DNA from: Octopus sinensis
Lineage: Eukaryota
Direction: 5' to 3'
DNA length: 64,000 bases
Assembly (NCBI RefSeq): GCF_006345805.1
Contig: NC_043015.1
Coordinates: 6,262,001-6,326,000 of the forward strand
The notes beneath the pieces were generated by a model. That model was not told where the DNA came from. It did no database searches and was given only the letters and a program-made list of their open reading frames with translations. Made by a program: the position numbers and the translations under genes. Below are positions 14,168 to 28,135 of this stretch, piece after piece. Position 1 is the first letter of the stretch. Each line of letters starts with the position of its first letter.

Positions 14168-16895
14168 CATATATGCACACAATTATCTCTGTCGGTATAT
14201 GTATATATGTGTGTAGGGTGTCTATATGAATGACTCAGTAGTGGGCATGTTGTATTTGTGAAAAAATATGTCCTTGAGCATAGGACTATATGCATAATTA
14301 AATATATAAAACAAATAAATGAACGTGATAATGGATTGAAACGGTTATATATTGTAAGCGTCTTCTGAATAAACATTCAATAAATAAATAGATTCATATT
14401 TTCATATACACACATACACTAATCCATACACCCTCCACACACACGTGTGTATATGTGTGTGTGTGTGTTTTCGGAACTAGTATGCGTCGTGACAGAATGG
14501 AAAATTACATGCAAAAAAAGAAGAAAAGAAAGAATTGTTCACGTAAAGAATTATGTGTCAACTATTCTATCACTAAATTACATTCCTTATTTCCTCAAAC
14601 GGTAGGCTGAAGAGGTTCAACCTAATCATTCCCATGTTTCAATTCTGTGACACAGAAATGCTATTGAATTAAAATCTAATGAAATCTTTATAAAACTTTA
14701 TGTGTATGTGCATGTATGTATATATATGATTGTGTGTGTGTATGTATGTATCTTTCCACATACTTTGTCCTTAACTAATAAGAAATCAAGACCGTCGTTT
14801 AAGTGGTTGGACATTGTTTGAATTTCAAATATATATAATCTGTCCTCCATATTTTTCCTGTTGATCAGTATGCTAAAATGATAATTTGAAACTAGCAGCT
14901 ACTTTGTCAAATTGTACGTTGCAGCGGCCTAGAATATACTTCGAATGTAGCTGCATACAATTTTCCATGTAATCTTGTGTCTCACTTTTTGGAATTTAAA
15001 ATTTCCTTTGAAAATATGTCTGATGAAAAGCTTCAATTCTTTTTCGATTATGTCATGCTATTTATCAGAAGCATATTATATACATAGAAAATGTGAGATA
15101 TTTGTAAGGAAATTCCTCGTTATAGAATAGCATTCACCTTCCGATAGAATATGTGTTATATTCATTTATTCTACAAGTCTCCTTTCACTTTCTCTTTCTT
15201 TTTTTTCGCATGGTGAATTATACATATTTCCGGAATTTTCTATGAGGACGAATCCTTAAAGCCATGTACCAAAAACTTACCTAGTCGGAGACAGGAAAGA
15301 ATGAGAGAATGCATATGAATTCAATCATTCAGAGAAATCATTTGAGTAATAGAATCCTTACAATAGCATTATGATGTTACATTTATGGCTCTTTTGATTT
15401 ATGATATTGATTATTGATCTCTTTTAATCTTATACGCATTCTTCAGATGTGTGTTATTCAATAACGCCCTTAGTATTATTATATCAAATCTGCTATTCAA
15501 AGCATTGGACAAGAAAAGACTAAAAGGCGCTTTTCAATGAACTTTTGAGTGGCTGCTTGGCTATCGTGAGCAGAAAAGAAAAAATATACAAAAGGGAAAA
15601 AAAGTGATATATAACAACAATCAGTTCTAGAGCTCTTGGCAGCTGACACTGCGTTTGAGTAGATTCGGCAGTGTCATGCAGTCTTTCTTTCTACATATCA
15701 GATAATTTCCATTGAATAAGTTCTGAAGTCAGAGTAACTGTTACCAAATTTATTCTTTTATGTATCATCGAATCTGTTATACTCTAGTGCTTACTAAGAT
15801 AGAGTGTTAATATCTACCATTTTAAATAAAATAATCTGCAGTTGTTTTGTTGTTGGGGTTGCTACTGTAGATAGTTTCTTCTTTATTTTCTGTTCTTTAA
15901 GTCAAATTATTTGACAAACAATAAAGAGATACTTCATTTTTGGAAGATAAAAGAGAAGAAAGAATTATAAAACTTATTGCATAAAACTGAATTATATACA
16001 AAGGCAGTTAATGACCGAACAATGTAGAATATGAGTGTGAAAGCATTTCTAAATATATAAAGAAAAGAAAATTGCCGTTGAGAATTGCTTAATATATACT
16101 GTGAGACATGAATTAACATGAATAAGACGTATCTATTATAGCATTAATCAGTGAATATCCTGATATAAGTTGAACGCAACTAAACTTTAGATGATGTGGC
16201 GTTACTATATAAGAATATTTACTACGCGCGATAATGTCTTTTACACTACTTTCCATAGAAAAAATGAATATTTACAGCATTTCATATGAATATTATCTTG
16301 TTCAAATGCCGCCCGTCATAATTGTCTGAGCTGGATAATTATTAGCAAAAAGATGAGGACAATGGACATTCCATATATTAACTCAGTTTTATGCTGGAGA
16401 GAAACGCACCGCATTTTATAGATACGTAAACATATTAAACGAAGACGAATAAGAGTTTACATATGCAAAGAGAATTTGGAGATAAACAGAATACAAAATA
16501 TCCATATATAATAAAGTAATTGCTAAGAAATTACTCTCAACACAAAAGAATTCTAAACTAGCGTGGAACATCGATCATCTTGAAGGAAATTTGAAAGAAT
16601 ATGAATTTTTTAACAATATTCTTTCTATAGAATTTGTTCGAAGTAGAAAGTTGATGGAAATAGAAAGAAACAAATATTCAGAATTATTAAATTCAAACAT
16701 CACTATATTTCAATAAATTTTCTTCGGCAGGACCAAATCAATCGCAATATCAAACTTCCATATAAGGATAGAAATGCTTGCTTTGTAAACAAATGAGTTT
16801 TATGTATCGGGTGTTGTTTCAAACACGCAATTTACAGAACAATTTCTTTGTGAAATTTTAACAATGAAAGAAACCACATTATAGACAATAACGAA

Positions 16896-16932
<37 letters not shown>

Positions 16933-17254
16933 TGGATGATGATGATGGTGATGGAATTGATGATGTTCTTAAGAAAATAATGGATGAGGAAAACAAGTCG
17001 TTCTGTGTATTGATGAAAATTATGTTAATAAAATGAAACAATATATTATAAAGATGAATTAAAATTTAATAAAAATGAATCAATATCAAATACACATGAT
17101 AGCAATAAGTTAAAAAGCAAATTATTGACTGAAATATATTTCTTTGAAATAATTTCTACTGATCGCATAATTTATGTAAGGGAGATTTATAACAAAACCG
17201 ATTGCTACAGCGTGTCAACTCCACTCGGTTTTCCTATATTTATTATATGTTTAG

Positions 17255-17315
17255 TGTATCCCTATTTCAATACTCAATGTGAATCTACATGAAACTCAAC
17301 GCTATATAAACTTCT
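17255..17315 (+). CDS. Candidate 61-nt internal exon CIPISILNVNLHETQRYINF (phase 0->1)
   Basis: TTTATTATATGTTTAG| ... TCT|GTAAGT; only frame 0 is open. Confidence 0.22.
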
Positions 17316-17584
17316 GTAAGTAATCCCATGTTCATGATATTTACAGATAGTAAGATATGTCATCTGTATACCACAACGCTTAAGTTTGATAACTTCCCTG
17401 GGATATATGTTCAAGAAACAATTTATTGCACTTAGTAGATTACCAGAATCTACATTTGCCTAATTCACTGGTATATGAGCTTGTTCTGTTAAGAATATTA
17501 CATTATGTTATATTAATGGAATGTTTCACCTCTGATATTCGATAAATTATTATTAGCAATGGGTTTATTTTTTCTCTGTTTTAG

Positions 17585-17705
17585 TACCAGATGGTTTATC
17601 CATGATCCACAAGCAGTACCCGTGTACATAGAAAGACGAAATACACCGATGTTTGATATACAACCACTACAGAAACGGAAACCTCGTGAGGAATCAAAAA
17701 TATGA
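17585..17705 (+). CDS. Candidate terminal exon TRWFIHDPQAVPVYIERRNTPMFDIQPLQKRKPREESKI* (phase 2)
   Basis: Acceptor TTTATTTTTTCTCTGTTTTTAG|; 39 open codons in locally GC-richer unique sequence. Confidence 0.25.
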
Positions 17706-18098
17706 TTCTGACAAATTCAAGACTAATGCTGGAGTAAAGATATGGTGTTATGTATTTGAAATTGTGACGTGATATGATGAAAAAATAGTTGCTTTAAGGA
17801 AGAATAGCTAATGTTTTTTTGTGGTACTACAAGTTGTGATCTCCTTCAATCAATTGGTGATTCCTTGCTACATCTCTGAATATCCTAACTGTGAGCCAAT
17901 GAATTTTGCTTTGAACATTGTATTTTCTCAGAAGTGTTGGATGTCTCGTAAATTATCCTCTCATTGAAGACATTTCTGTTTAACACCACTTTCAAGTAGA
18001 TAAGATATCAAATCGACCAAGATATCTTAGTTCACGAATATGTATTTATATTGATGCTTTGTCTTTCATAGAATAGCAATATATACCTTAAAGACAGA

Positions 18099-18133
<35 letters not shown>

Positions 18134-18163
18134 TGTGTAAATCTATGTATATATACAAATATA

Positions 18164-18225
<62 letters not shown>

Positions 18226-18468
18226 AAATTATCGAACTACTGTGCTGATGACAGGAGTGAATTTGTATAATTCTAACCGATAAACGCGTCCACAATTAAT
18301 CGAAGACTGTTTGATTTCGGTATTTTTCTTCTTTTGCCTATGTGAGTTACAGGTATTGTTATCTGTGGAGTAATATCTTTAGTTAAAAGGAATAAGGGGT
18401 GTTTGGCTGCTATTTCTAAATTTTCGGTATGTGGTTAAGCAACTTTTTGCTTTAACCCTTAATTATAT

Positions 18469-18500
<32 letters not shown>

Positions 18501-19656
18501 CACACAATCGCTCCTCCCACTCACACACATATAAATATGCAGAAGAGACAAAATCACATATAAAGGAAGTAGATAGATAGATCGACAGCAGTAATAGAAG
18601 TAGTATTAGCTGCAAGAAGAAAGTAGTTCCAATCCTCCCCTACTGATTTAGCCGCCAGAAATATTGCAGAATTGCGCATGTTTTGATTCCAGTCGTTCAT
18701 GGTAATTGCGCATATAAATCCCAACAATTCACTAAATAATAAAAGTATGCTAACACGCACACGCACACAGAAGTTCATGCTTCTACACTCACATATATAA
18801 AACTAAATGCCATTTATCTCCCAAGTTAATGAACAAACGCTTTGTTTTCAATGATTTTTAACAATTTCCTGTAGATACTTAGTTTAATATTGGGTCTTCC
18901 TTCCTTCCTGCCTCTATTGCATTTTCATCTTGTTTTAACAAACACTTCCGAAATTTCATTTCATTTTCATTCAATACTTTCTTAAAAATTGCTGTTCAGA
19001 ATTTTGTTTGTTTTTATTTCACGTTTCGGGCTTTTGAATTTGTTTTATAGTTTATATTTATTTATTTATTCTTCTTTTGATTTTGTATTCACTATGACTA
19101 TTTTGTTTTCCCCTTTCTCCTCCAAGAGAACAGCTAATTAATGTCATGTCATTTATACAATTTTGAAGAAAGAATTATCAATGTTGATAGCAACTGGCAA
19201 ATGGTTCTAGCATTTTCTATAAAATGGCTATGCGGATATTGGTAATTGTCTTTCTTGTCAGCAAAGAAATGTTCTAATAACATGGGAGACAATATTTCTT
19301 CCTCATTCACTTGTTTGAATCCAGTATCGCTCGTTCCATGTCATTATTAAAAGAGTTAATAGAGTGTTCCACATATAATTTTTATATTTTACTCCATAAA
19401 CAATACTTAGAAAATTTTGACGTTCGTGACTATTGTAAATTATAATATTATATTTTACGATAACTCGTACCATATTCGAACTTTTCCTCTCTCACCTTCT
19501 AGGCATCTCTCTCCAATTCTTAGCGTCTCTTTTCACCATTTCATTATTGTTATATTTCTAGCGTGTGTATACATGCGAGAATGTGAGTGTGGGTGTATGT
19601 ACGCGTACAAGTGGTTTGTGTATGTATGTATAAACATACACGCGCACGTACACACG

Positions 19657-19689
<33 letters not shown>

Positions 19690-19721
19690 ATATATATATA
19701 CATACACGCGCACGTACACAC

Positions 19722-19757
<36 letters not shown>

Positions 19758-19789
19758 TCACACACATATATGGCGGTATTGTGCGCTAA

Positions 19790-20060
19790 GAAGGTCAAGT
19801 GTCTTCTACTAGAGCCTCAGGGAGACCAAATCTTCCTGCTTGGATTTGGTAGACGGAAACTATAGGAATCACTTCTATATGTAACGGTATATATTTTGAC
19901 AGCCAGTCTATTGGGTTTACGTCCCTGTAACTTAACGGTTCAGCAAAAGATATTGATAGCAAAAGTACTAGGTTGAAAATAATAAGCTCTGGTCTCCATT
20001 TGGTCGGCTAAAGCCCCTGAAATTGTTGCTCAAGAATGGCCGCAGCCAAATATCCAAAAC
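19790..20060 (+). mobile_element. SINE family B, decayed and 5'-truncated
   Basis: AAGTGTCTTCTACTAGAGCC...GGATTTGGTAGACGGAAAC and TTTACGTCCCTGTAACTTAACGGTTCAGCAAAAGA...AGTACTAGG match the reverse complement of 47290-47690. Confidence 0.8.
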
Positions 20061-20529
20061 AAGTAGAAGACTATATATATATATATAATACTTGCATACA
20101 GACATGTACATACGTGTGTATATGTCCGTGTGCCTGTGTCTGTGTGTGTCTGTGTCTGCATGTGTGTGTGTGTGTGCGTGTTTGCGTGCTGGTGAACTAT
20201 GGCAGCTTGTTCGAACGTGATCAGCATACTAGTCGGTTTTCCTTGGTTAGTAGCGTTTATATACCAGTTTCCTCAAATACTTGTTATACTACGATACTTT
20301 CTTCGTTCATCCCTACAAAGCATACTTCATTCTATAATAAACCAGTTTTATGTTTTCCTCCTTTTTTTACTTCTCAGAATTGGAATTTTCTCAGATAAGC
20401 ATGAATGCACGTCAGTTTGATTGCCTCACTGATGTCGACAGCTGTTTTCTGTCCACGATTTTATACCTCAGAGAAACGTTATTTATACCACGTCCCTTAT
20501 ATTTATAAACGTATATTTATAGATGTATA

Positions 20530-20900
20530 GATGCAACCATCTCGCTCTTGGTCTTCCTCAGTGTATTCTGGCTGTTAACTTGGCTCCAAGAACCTGTTTT
20601 GCAAATCTTTCATTCCAACCACATGACCTTAGTACACACCTATGACCTATAAATACGGCAAAATAGCTCAACTCATAGAGACTCCCTGATCTATTATCTG
20701 CACACTCTGCTGAGTAGCTTTGCTGCAGATATTATACGAAGAAGAACCATGTCGACCTCTGTATTCCCGATCCTGCTCCTTTGGTTATTATTGAACAGCC
20801 ATGGCCAGAGTCTTTTAAAAACCTATCCTCTTCTTAGGTTCAAATGCTCTAGCTGGCATATTAATATACGAGTACCTGCGATTTAAGCATGTGGTTTCTT
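20530..20900 (-). mobile_element. RTE-clade LINE 3' ORF remnant
   Basis: Minus strand reads HVVGMKRFAKQVLGAKLTARIH*GRPRARW, the GRPRxRW motif typical of RTE ORF C-termini. Confidence 0.7.
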
Positions 20901-21129
20901 CTCCTGCTTCCCATTACTGGAATATATGACCTCGAGATACCTAAGCTCTGTTATCATCTGTGATGTATTACAAAACAAGCCTTGATACGAAACTAATTCG
21001 GGATCTATATGTACTTACTAATATAAAATTTTATATACTTTCTAGAGACACTTATATTCTGTTGTATATCAGCGAGTGATATCCTCTCTTCTTGCACTTA
21101 GAGGCATGATCTTTGAAGTGAACAGTAAT

Positions 21130-21173
<44 letters not shown>

Positions 21174-21177
21174 TATA

Positions 21178-21216
<39 letters not shown>

Positions 21217-21572
21217 GTTTGTTCTGAAGCTCGTACTGAGGTCGGTGCTATAATTGGAAAGTAATGTAATTCAACTTGATATAGACGATGTTCATGTTAT
21301 TTGCAATTTATTCGTAAGAGAGGGTGTTTTCTTCATGCTTAAATTCAGCTACGTACCATGGATAAAAACCACTCAAATCGTGACCATCTTTCGTGTATCT
21401 TATTGCCACTCATCCAAAACGAAATCAATATAGTTAACTGTTAACATACAAAATATTAGAACGTTCCTGCTTCCATAGTGTAGAAATTATATTGTTAATT
21501 CATCTAGGAGAGTATGTTCTCTGGCTAACCCCTGTGAATCAATAACTAATTTCCTTCTCCTGTACTTTGTAG

Positions 21573-21658
21573 TTAATATCCTACAGGAAGGCAACTATTT
21601 ATTGAAGCCAAAAAGCAATATACCTGATGAAAAAGGCGATCATTTATACAAGGATTGT
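21573..21658 (+). CDS. Candidate 86-nt internal exon xNILQEGNYLLKPKSNIPDEKGDHLYKDC (phase 1->0)
   Basis: Branch-like ACTAAT plus TTCCTTCTCCTGTACTTTGTAG|; donor TGT|GTATGT; only phase 1 is open. Confidence 0.28.
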
Positions 21659-21754
21659 GTATGTTTACAGAACTTCACGTTGTTAATTGTATGCACAATG
21701 TATGTATATATGCATATATATATGTATATAATATATATATATATATATATGCAC

Positions 21755-21786
<32 letters not shown>

Positions 21787-23488
21787 ATGCATATACACAC
21801 ACATATATGTATTATATTTATGTATATATATATGTATGTAATATATATATATATATAATATATATATATATATATACAAACAGAAAATTTACATGTATAT
21901 GTAAGTACATATATATGCATATACTTACGCACACAAAACACACACACGTATTTATGTGTATGTATGTGTGGTACCTCTACGAACGAGTATGCGTCCGTCT
22001 ATATACGTAATTTGTATGTATTCACAGGATGCGACTATTTATAGTTATTTGTCATTATATGAATAATTGTATATACACTTCAATATACATACATAAAATA
22101 TGCAACACCGTATTTATATATGTGTGAGCATACAACGGAAGACAGTAAAAACTGAGTAGACTATATATGTATACAAATGTGTGTTTCTGTGTAAACGAAG
22201 GTTATATCATGATACCTTGTGTATAACTAGATTTTTCTTTTGCATATGTCAGCAGTATATCGAACTGTGATACTGACACATGTATAGAAATAGAGCAGAG
22301 AAGTAATCAATTTATATGCATGTAGCTGTATTTGTTTATGTGTATGCGTGCGTAGTTTTTTGTGTAATATACATGAATACATCATTTTCGCTGCACAACT
22401 ACTCCTGAGCGGTCGTAAGTTTTGGTCCACCTCTTTCATAGGTTTTTGTTAAAAGCAACCGTATTAAAAATCTCTTGTTGGATTCCCAACTTTGGCTAAA
22501 TGGAACTATGTATTTTATCCAAATATCTCACTCGTTATCCAGTTCCAATGTCTCTTGATGCTTAGCCTCGGCTTCATGAATATGTCTCGTGAACCTTTCG
22601 AGTGGTATTCTAACCGCATATCTGTTATGCCGAGTTTGTTGCATCTAAGTGCGGTGACGTAGTAACTCCACATCGACAAACACCCTGATTCCCGAGCTAC
22701 ATACCCTATTAAGTAACATTATTCCAGAATCCACCAAGGGGAAACCCCATTTCGGACACGGTATTCCCGATCGTATTCTTTTGGACACTACACGACACTA
22801 CACGAAGATTGGTTCGAGTACCGGAGAGGAGATGACAAGTTTGGCTATTTTGCCAACCTCTCTTCCTAGAATCAATGCAGCAATGCCTGCAATTTATGTA
22901 TACAATTCTCTTTCCTGTCTCCCATTAATCGTGTATACGATGCCAAATTCTTTCAACTTCAGCATTCACCTCAGAGATATTCCTCTGACATGGTGAAAGT
23001 ACTGGAAATGTTTGTTTCAAATGATCGATGTCTCAAATTTTGCAACATTCATTCTCATTCCTGCCTCAACGCACTCGTCAATGAACCCATAGCATGTATA
23101 CGTACATGCGTGCCTACAAACATGCGTGCTTACATACATGCGTATATATAAAGTTGAATACATAAACATACACACATTTATATACAATCATATATACAGA
23201 TAAATATATATATCTTGTACACTTCAAAAACTTATAAAAAATTCTCATAGACTTTCAAAATATATGTGTATATATATACATATGTTTTGGGGTTTGGTTT
23301 GCTAGATTCTTTACGTAACTTCGTGTCTCGAAGCATATTATATTGTGTCTAGGGTGAGTTATAATAATAAAAATAAAAATAAGAACTAAGTAGAAATTTT
23401 ACCGGCGAGTGTGTTAAATTATAAGGCACAAAAAGAAAATGACTCTCCCCAGACGCAAAAGTATATATATATATATATAGATAGATAG

Positions 23489-23566
<78 letters not shown>

Positions 23567-24074
23567 TCATATATATACATATATGTATATACATTAAGCA
23601 CCGTCGTCGATGGAATCAACTTCTTCCCCTTCCTTTAAAAATTATACCAAAAAAAGATATGACTCGGGATAACATACACACCAGTCAAGTACCATAGTCG
23701 ATGAAATCGATTTATCCCTTCCCTGATATCGCTGGCCTCGTGCCAAAATTTGAATGTAATATCACTAGTTTATTATTATTACCAATGATGCCTATCTGTT
23801 GAGGTTGGAATTGTTATTGCAATTGTGGCTGTTAATATTTATTATTACTAATAGTATATTTCTTAATAATGATATTAATAGTGATGAAAAAAAAATAATA
23901 TTATTTGCCATTATTAATATATAGTCGTTAGCAACAAGTCAGACATCTACGTTATTGTCAATAGCGTCTAAATCCAATATACTTAATTTCATACAGCAAA
24001 ACCGATGTATATAATTTTTCGTGTATGCATCCATTACATACATGTATTTATACATTCGTACATACATACATACA

Positions 24075-24155
<81 letters not shown>

Positions 24156-24520
24156 CACACATACAAGCATAAATGTCCATAATAATAGTCAATATAGTTT
24201 TCTCATTCCGTCTTTATTATTGTGTATGAATGTAATAAATTTGTATATATTAATATCATATATTACTTATGACTAGTTGAATAACCTATCTTATGTAACA
24301 CACTGAATATTGTGAAACGTTCATTTTTATGCCGTTTGTTGTTTTGTTTTTATTTAATATACCACTGTTTCGTATAAATAAGAAACATCTAAAATAAATC
24401 ATGATATCCATCTATCCATCCATACTTACATACATACACACATACATGCATGCATAAATGTACATACATTTGCGAACCTCCACCAAGTATTTGGCCTATA
24501 TGACTGTGCACACCTTATAA

Positions 24521-24724
24521 TGCAATGTATGCCAGAAGGTTTGCAAATCTAACGGAGGGCTCAAAAGACATTTTTAGATCCACAAAGATCAAAACTTATC
24601 TGCAGCTCTTGGTGTTTCAATGTATGTTGTGCAATCTATGAAATGCAATCTATGTGGGTGTCTTTTCAAAACATTGTATGGTTTTAAAAGCTACATCAGA
24701 TGCCATGATGGTTCTAAGATGTAG
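24521..24724 (+). pseudogene. Decayed tandem C2H2 zinc-finger remnant, probably LINE-derived
   Basis: CNVCQKVCKSNGGLKRHF*IH ... CNLCGCLFKTLYGFKSYIRCH in one frame with an internal TAG. Confidence 0.7.
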
Positions 24725-24767
24725 GTAAAGGAGGTGGACACATTCTGCATAATGAGTAGACAACCAC

Positions 24768-24805
<38 letters not shown>

Positions 24806-24829
24806 ATAAAGTTAATCCAAACAAGAAAA

Positions 24830-24975
24830 CAAAAAGACAACAACGCGAGGATGTGGAACAAATAAAGTTTTATTGGGCGCTCAGGAAAAAAGGGAAGAAG
24901 GAGGGTATGACGTTTCGAGCGGAGCTCTTCGTCGGAAACATAGGAAAAAGAAATATCCCGAGGTGGGAGGACAGA
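24830..24975 (-). mobile_element. Penelope-like element terminal remnant, copy 2
   Basis: Shares ACAACAACGCGAGGA flank and hammerhead geometry with 5345-5440. Confidence 0.6.
24905..24939 (-). ncRNA. Minimal type I hammerhead ribozyme-like motif, copy 2
   Basis: Minus strand GUUU CCGACGA A GAGC-UCC-GCUC GAAA CG UC AUAC: intact GAAA, GUC triplet, palindromic ACGU stem III; core position 4 is C rather than U. Confidence 0.7.
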
Positions 24976-25589
24976 GGGAAAAATTCATATATATATATGT
25001 ATATGTATATGTATCTATGTGTGTGTGGTATACACGTAGACATATATATCAATATGCATACATTTTATCAATTCGTTTGAGCATCGTCTAAGACAACCTC
25101 CAATGATGTGATGATCGAAGTAATAAACTGTTTATTGTAGATGATAATCTTTTTATTGTTTCAGTGGCGATAAGAAAGTTTATCGCTTAGTTTTGTCTCT
25201 TACAAAATCTTACATTTGTGATCTTGAAATTTGAGCTAATTTTGTCCTCCTGCAACTCCAATATTTATTGAGCCGCACTTATTTCTCTGGTTCTTCTGTC
25301 TTTCTCGACTTTTTTTACTATCGTTTGGTCATAATCTATCCTTCTCAACATAATATTTCTTGTCGTTTTTCAGTTCTTCTGAATCGAATGAGAGGAAATG
25401 TTTTCAAACTTGAGAGCTAGGGAAAAAATACTTACTAATTTTTCTGCAACTAATGATCAAGTGGTGGTCTTGAACCGAATGACCAAAGACTTCTGCCGCA
25501 AAGTAAAGCTAGAATTACCAAAATACAGTCTAACAATTCCACCAATAAATTACTCTATAAAGCAATAAATTTACTGATTTCAATTTCTG

Positions 25590-25752
25590 GTACAGGGACA
25601 GCAATTTAAAAGGAGATTAAAATAAATTACATCGACATCAATGCTCAACTGGTACTTATTTTAGCACCTCGAGGGATTAAAGGCTAATTCAACGAAATGC
25701 CTCTAAGAATTTTGCCCGGCGTGCTAACGATTCTACCAGCTCGCCGCCTTAT
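25590..25752 (-). mobile_element. SINE family A, internally deleted
   Basis: GCCCGGCGTGCTAACGATTCTACCAGCTCGCCGCCTT is the reverse complement of the family A head. Confidence 0.85.
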
Positions 25753-26641
25753 ATAAAACTAATAAAAGTATTGAGAGCTGAATGGTGCAGTTGATTTCGG
25801 GGATTATTTTAACTTAGAGGCCCATTATACTAGGTTCTAATGATTGTCCTTTCGTAATCTCTACAGAAGCAGGGAAATTGATAGAAGAAATAAAGCCGAA
25901 ACCTATGACACCTACGGTGCTGAGGCTAGAATCCTAGAATAACGATATTCAATTATCTTCAGAACACATATCCAATCCACACACCCTTGTTAAAGAATCA
26001 TCACTTTAAAAATATACCTAAAGACAACGTTTATGGTGTTTAACCAACTGTCGGGTTAGGCTTACCTCCCATGTGGCAATAATTTAATTCTACCGAAATT
26101 TATCACCTTTTTCTCTTTCCATTCCATTATTCCAGCCATACTGGCTTTCACATCTGGCACACACATAATATTTAGCCATCTCTCCAACCTCTTCTCCCTT
26201 CATTCTTATTTAAAATCTCATTTGATATAATGGGGAAAGTAGCAACAAGAGATCATTCAACAATAAATAAACTACGGAATTCAACGCTGAGTCGTTGTTT
26301 TAGTGCCAAAAATACTAAAGATGTTGATAAAAACCATTTGCTTGCTGCATCACGTTTCTTCAACCGATAATAGCAAAGTCTATTGAAAAAGAGCATGTTT
26401 ACACATATTCCTAATTACATACAACGTTCATGTCAACAAATTGTCCCAGATTGTTCACATAATAATATGTCACTACGTATATTAGCAGAACGCATAAGTA
26501 AATATATAAAATATTATAAAATAAAATGAAATCCTACAAACAAAACATTCCTAACATGATATTCTAGAATAGTAAGCCTATTAAAAATAACATGATTTAA
26601 ATCATCGCAACGTACATTACAAATGTATAGATACATATATA

Positions 26642-26741
<100 letters not shown>

Positions 26742-27134
26742 ATGTATATATATATGTACGTAGAAATATATGTATACGTGAGTGTGTGTGTGTGTGTTTG
26801 TGTGAATGTATAAGTATTTATATGTTTATAATATGCGCCTGACCTACCAAGCGGTATAAGGTAATGTGTAAAATGTTAGACATGGCGGTATTAACAAGAC
26901 TGAAGTTATTACAATTCATGATTAAATTCATCTATGTTTATTCTTACACTATTTTTGCATGCCTCCCTGTCTCTCATAAAATACATACGTGATATACGCA
27001 TACACATATGTATGTGCGTGAGTGCGAACGTTTGCGTGCCTATACTTAAATATAATTGCATATACGCATACATATATAGACACAGATGCAGACAATCACA
27101 GATATCGTACTCTCAGATATATATGCATACACGC

Positions 27135-27182
<48 letters not shown>

Positions 27183-27563
27183 TATATAATATATATATAT
27201 ATGCATACACATATATATATGCATGCATATATATATGCATATACATATATATATAAAATGTCTACGCATGTAATAATATCCATGTACGTATGTAGTTATG
27301 AACTATTGTTACCTTATTATATCCGATTTTGAATATGTATATTTGATTTCACAGTACTTTTGTATTTTTTGACATAAAGTACTTTAGTGTGATGAAAGCT
27401 TTAGTTTCTCGCATTACTTAAGAATTATAGTGACTTAGTATGCTTCCTTGGTTAGCTTTATTTGATGTTACAATACTTAACTGGATGGCTTATTTTCTAT
27501 AATTTCAAATATATAATTTTGCTACTTATATACTTTTCTTCGTAATATCTTTTCTCATCTTAG

Positions 27564-27659
27564 GAAATTTTGTTAGATTTATTGTTCACTTCACTGCTTT
27601 TGAAGTCAGTGTATGAAGTCAACCTTCCTTCGTCTAATTTTGATCACATACATCAATCT
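27564..27659 (+). CDS. Candidate 96-nt symmetric exon EILLDLLFTSLLLKSVYEVNLPSSNFDHIHQS (phase 0->0)
   Basis: Long pyrimidine tract CTTTTCTTCGTAATATCTTTTCTCATCTTAG|; donor TCT|GTGAGA; only frame 0 is open. Confidence 0.3.
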
Positions 27660-27729
27660 GTGAGATATCTATATATTCACGCATATACTCACATGTTCTA
27701 TAATGAATATATATGCAGACATGGTGTAT

Positions 27730-28135
<406 letters not shown>

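Noticed and set aside
15644-15676. Hairpin TGACACTGC/GCAGTGTCA with partial miR-34-like GGCAGTGTC
   Set aside because: Only a 9-bp stem, and the match is short and on the 3' arm.
22560-23060. GC-richer segment, possibly an L2/CR1 LINE remnant
   Set aside because: No diagnostic motif could be translated with confidence; left unclassified.
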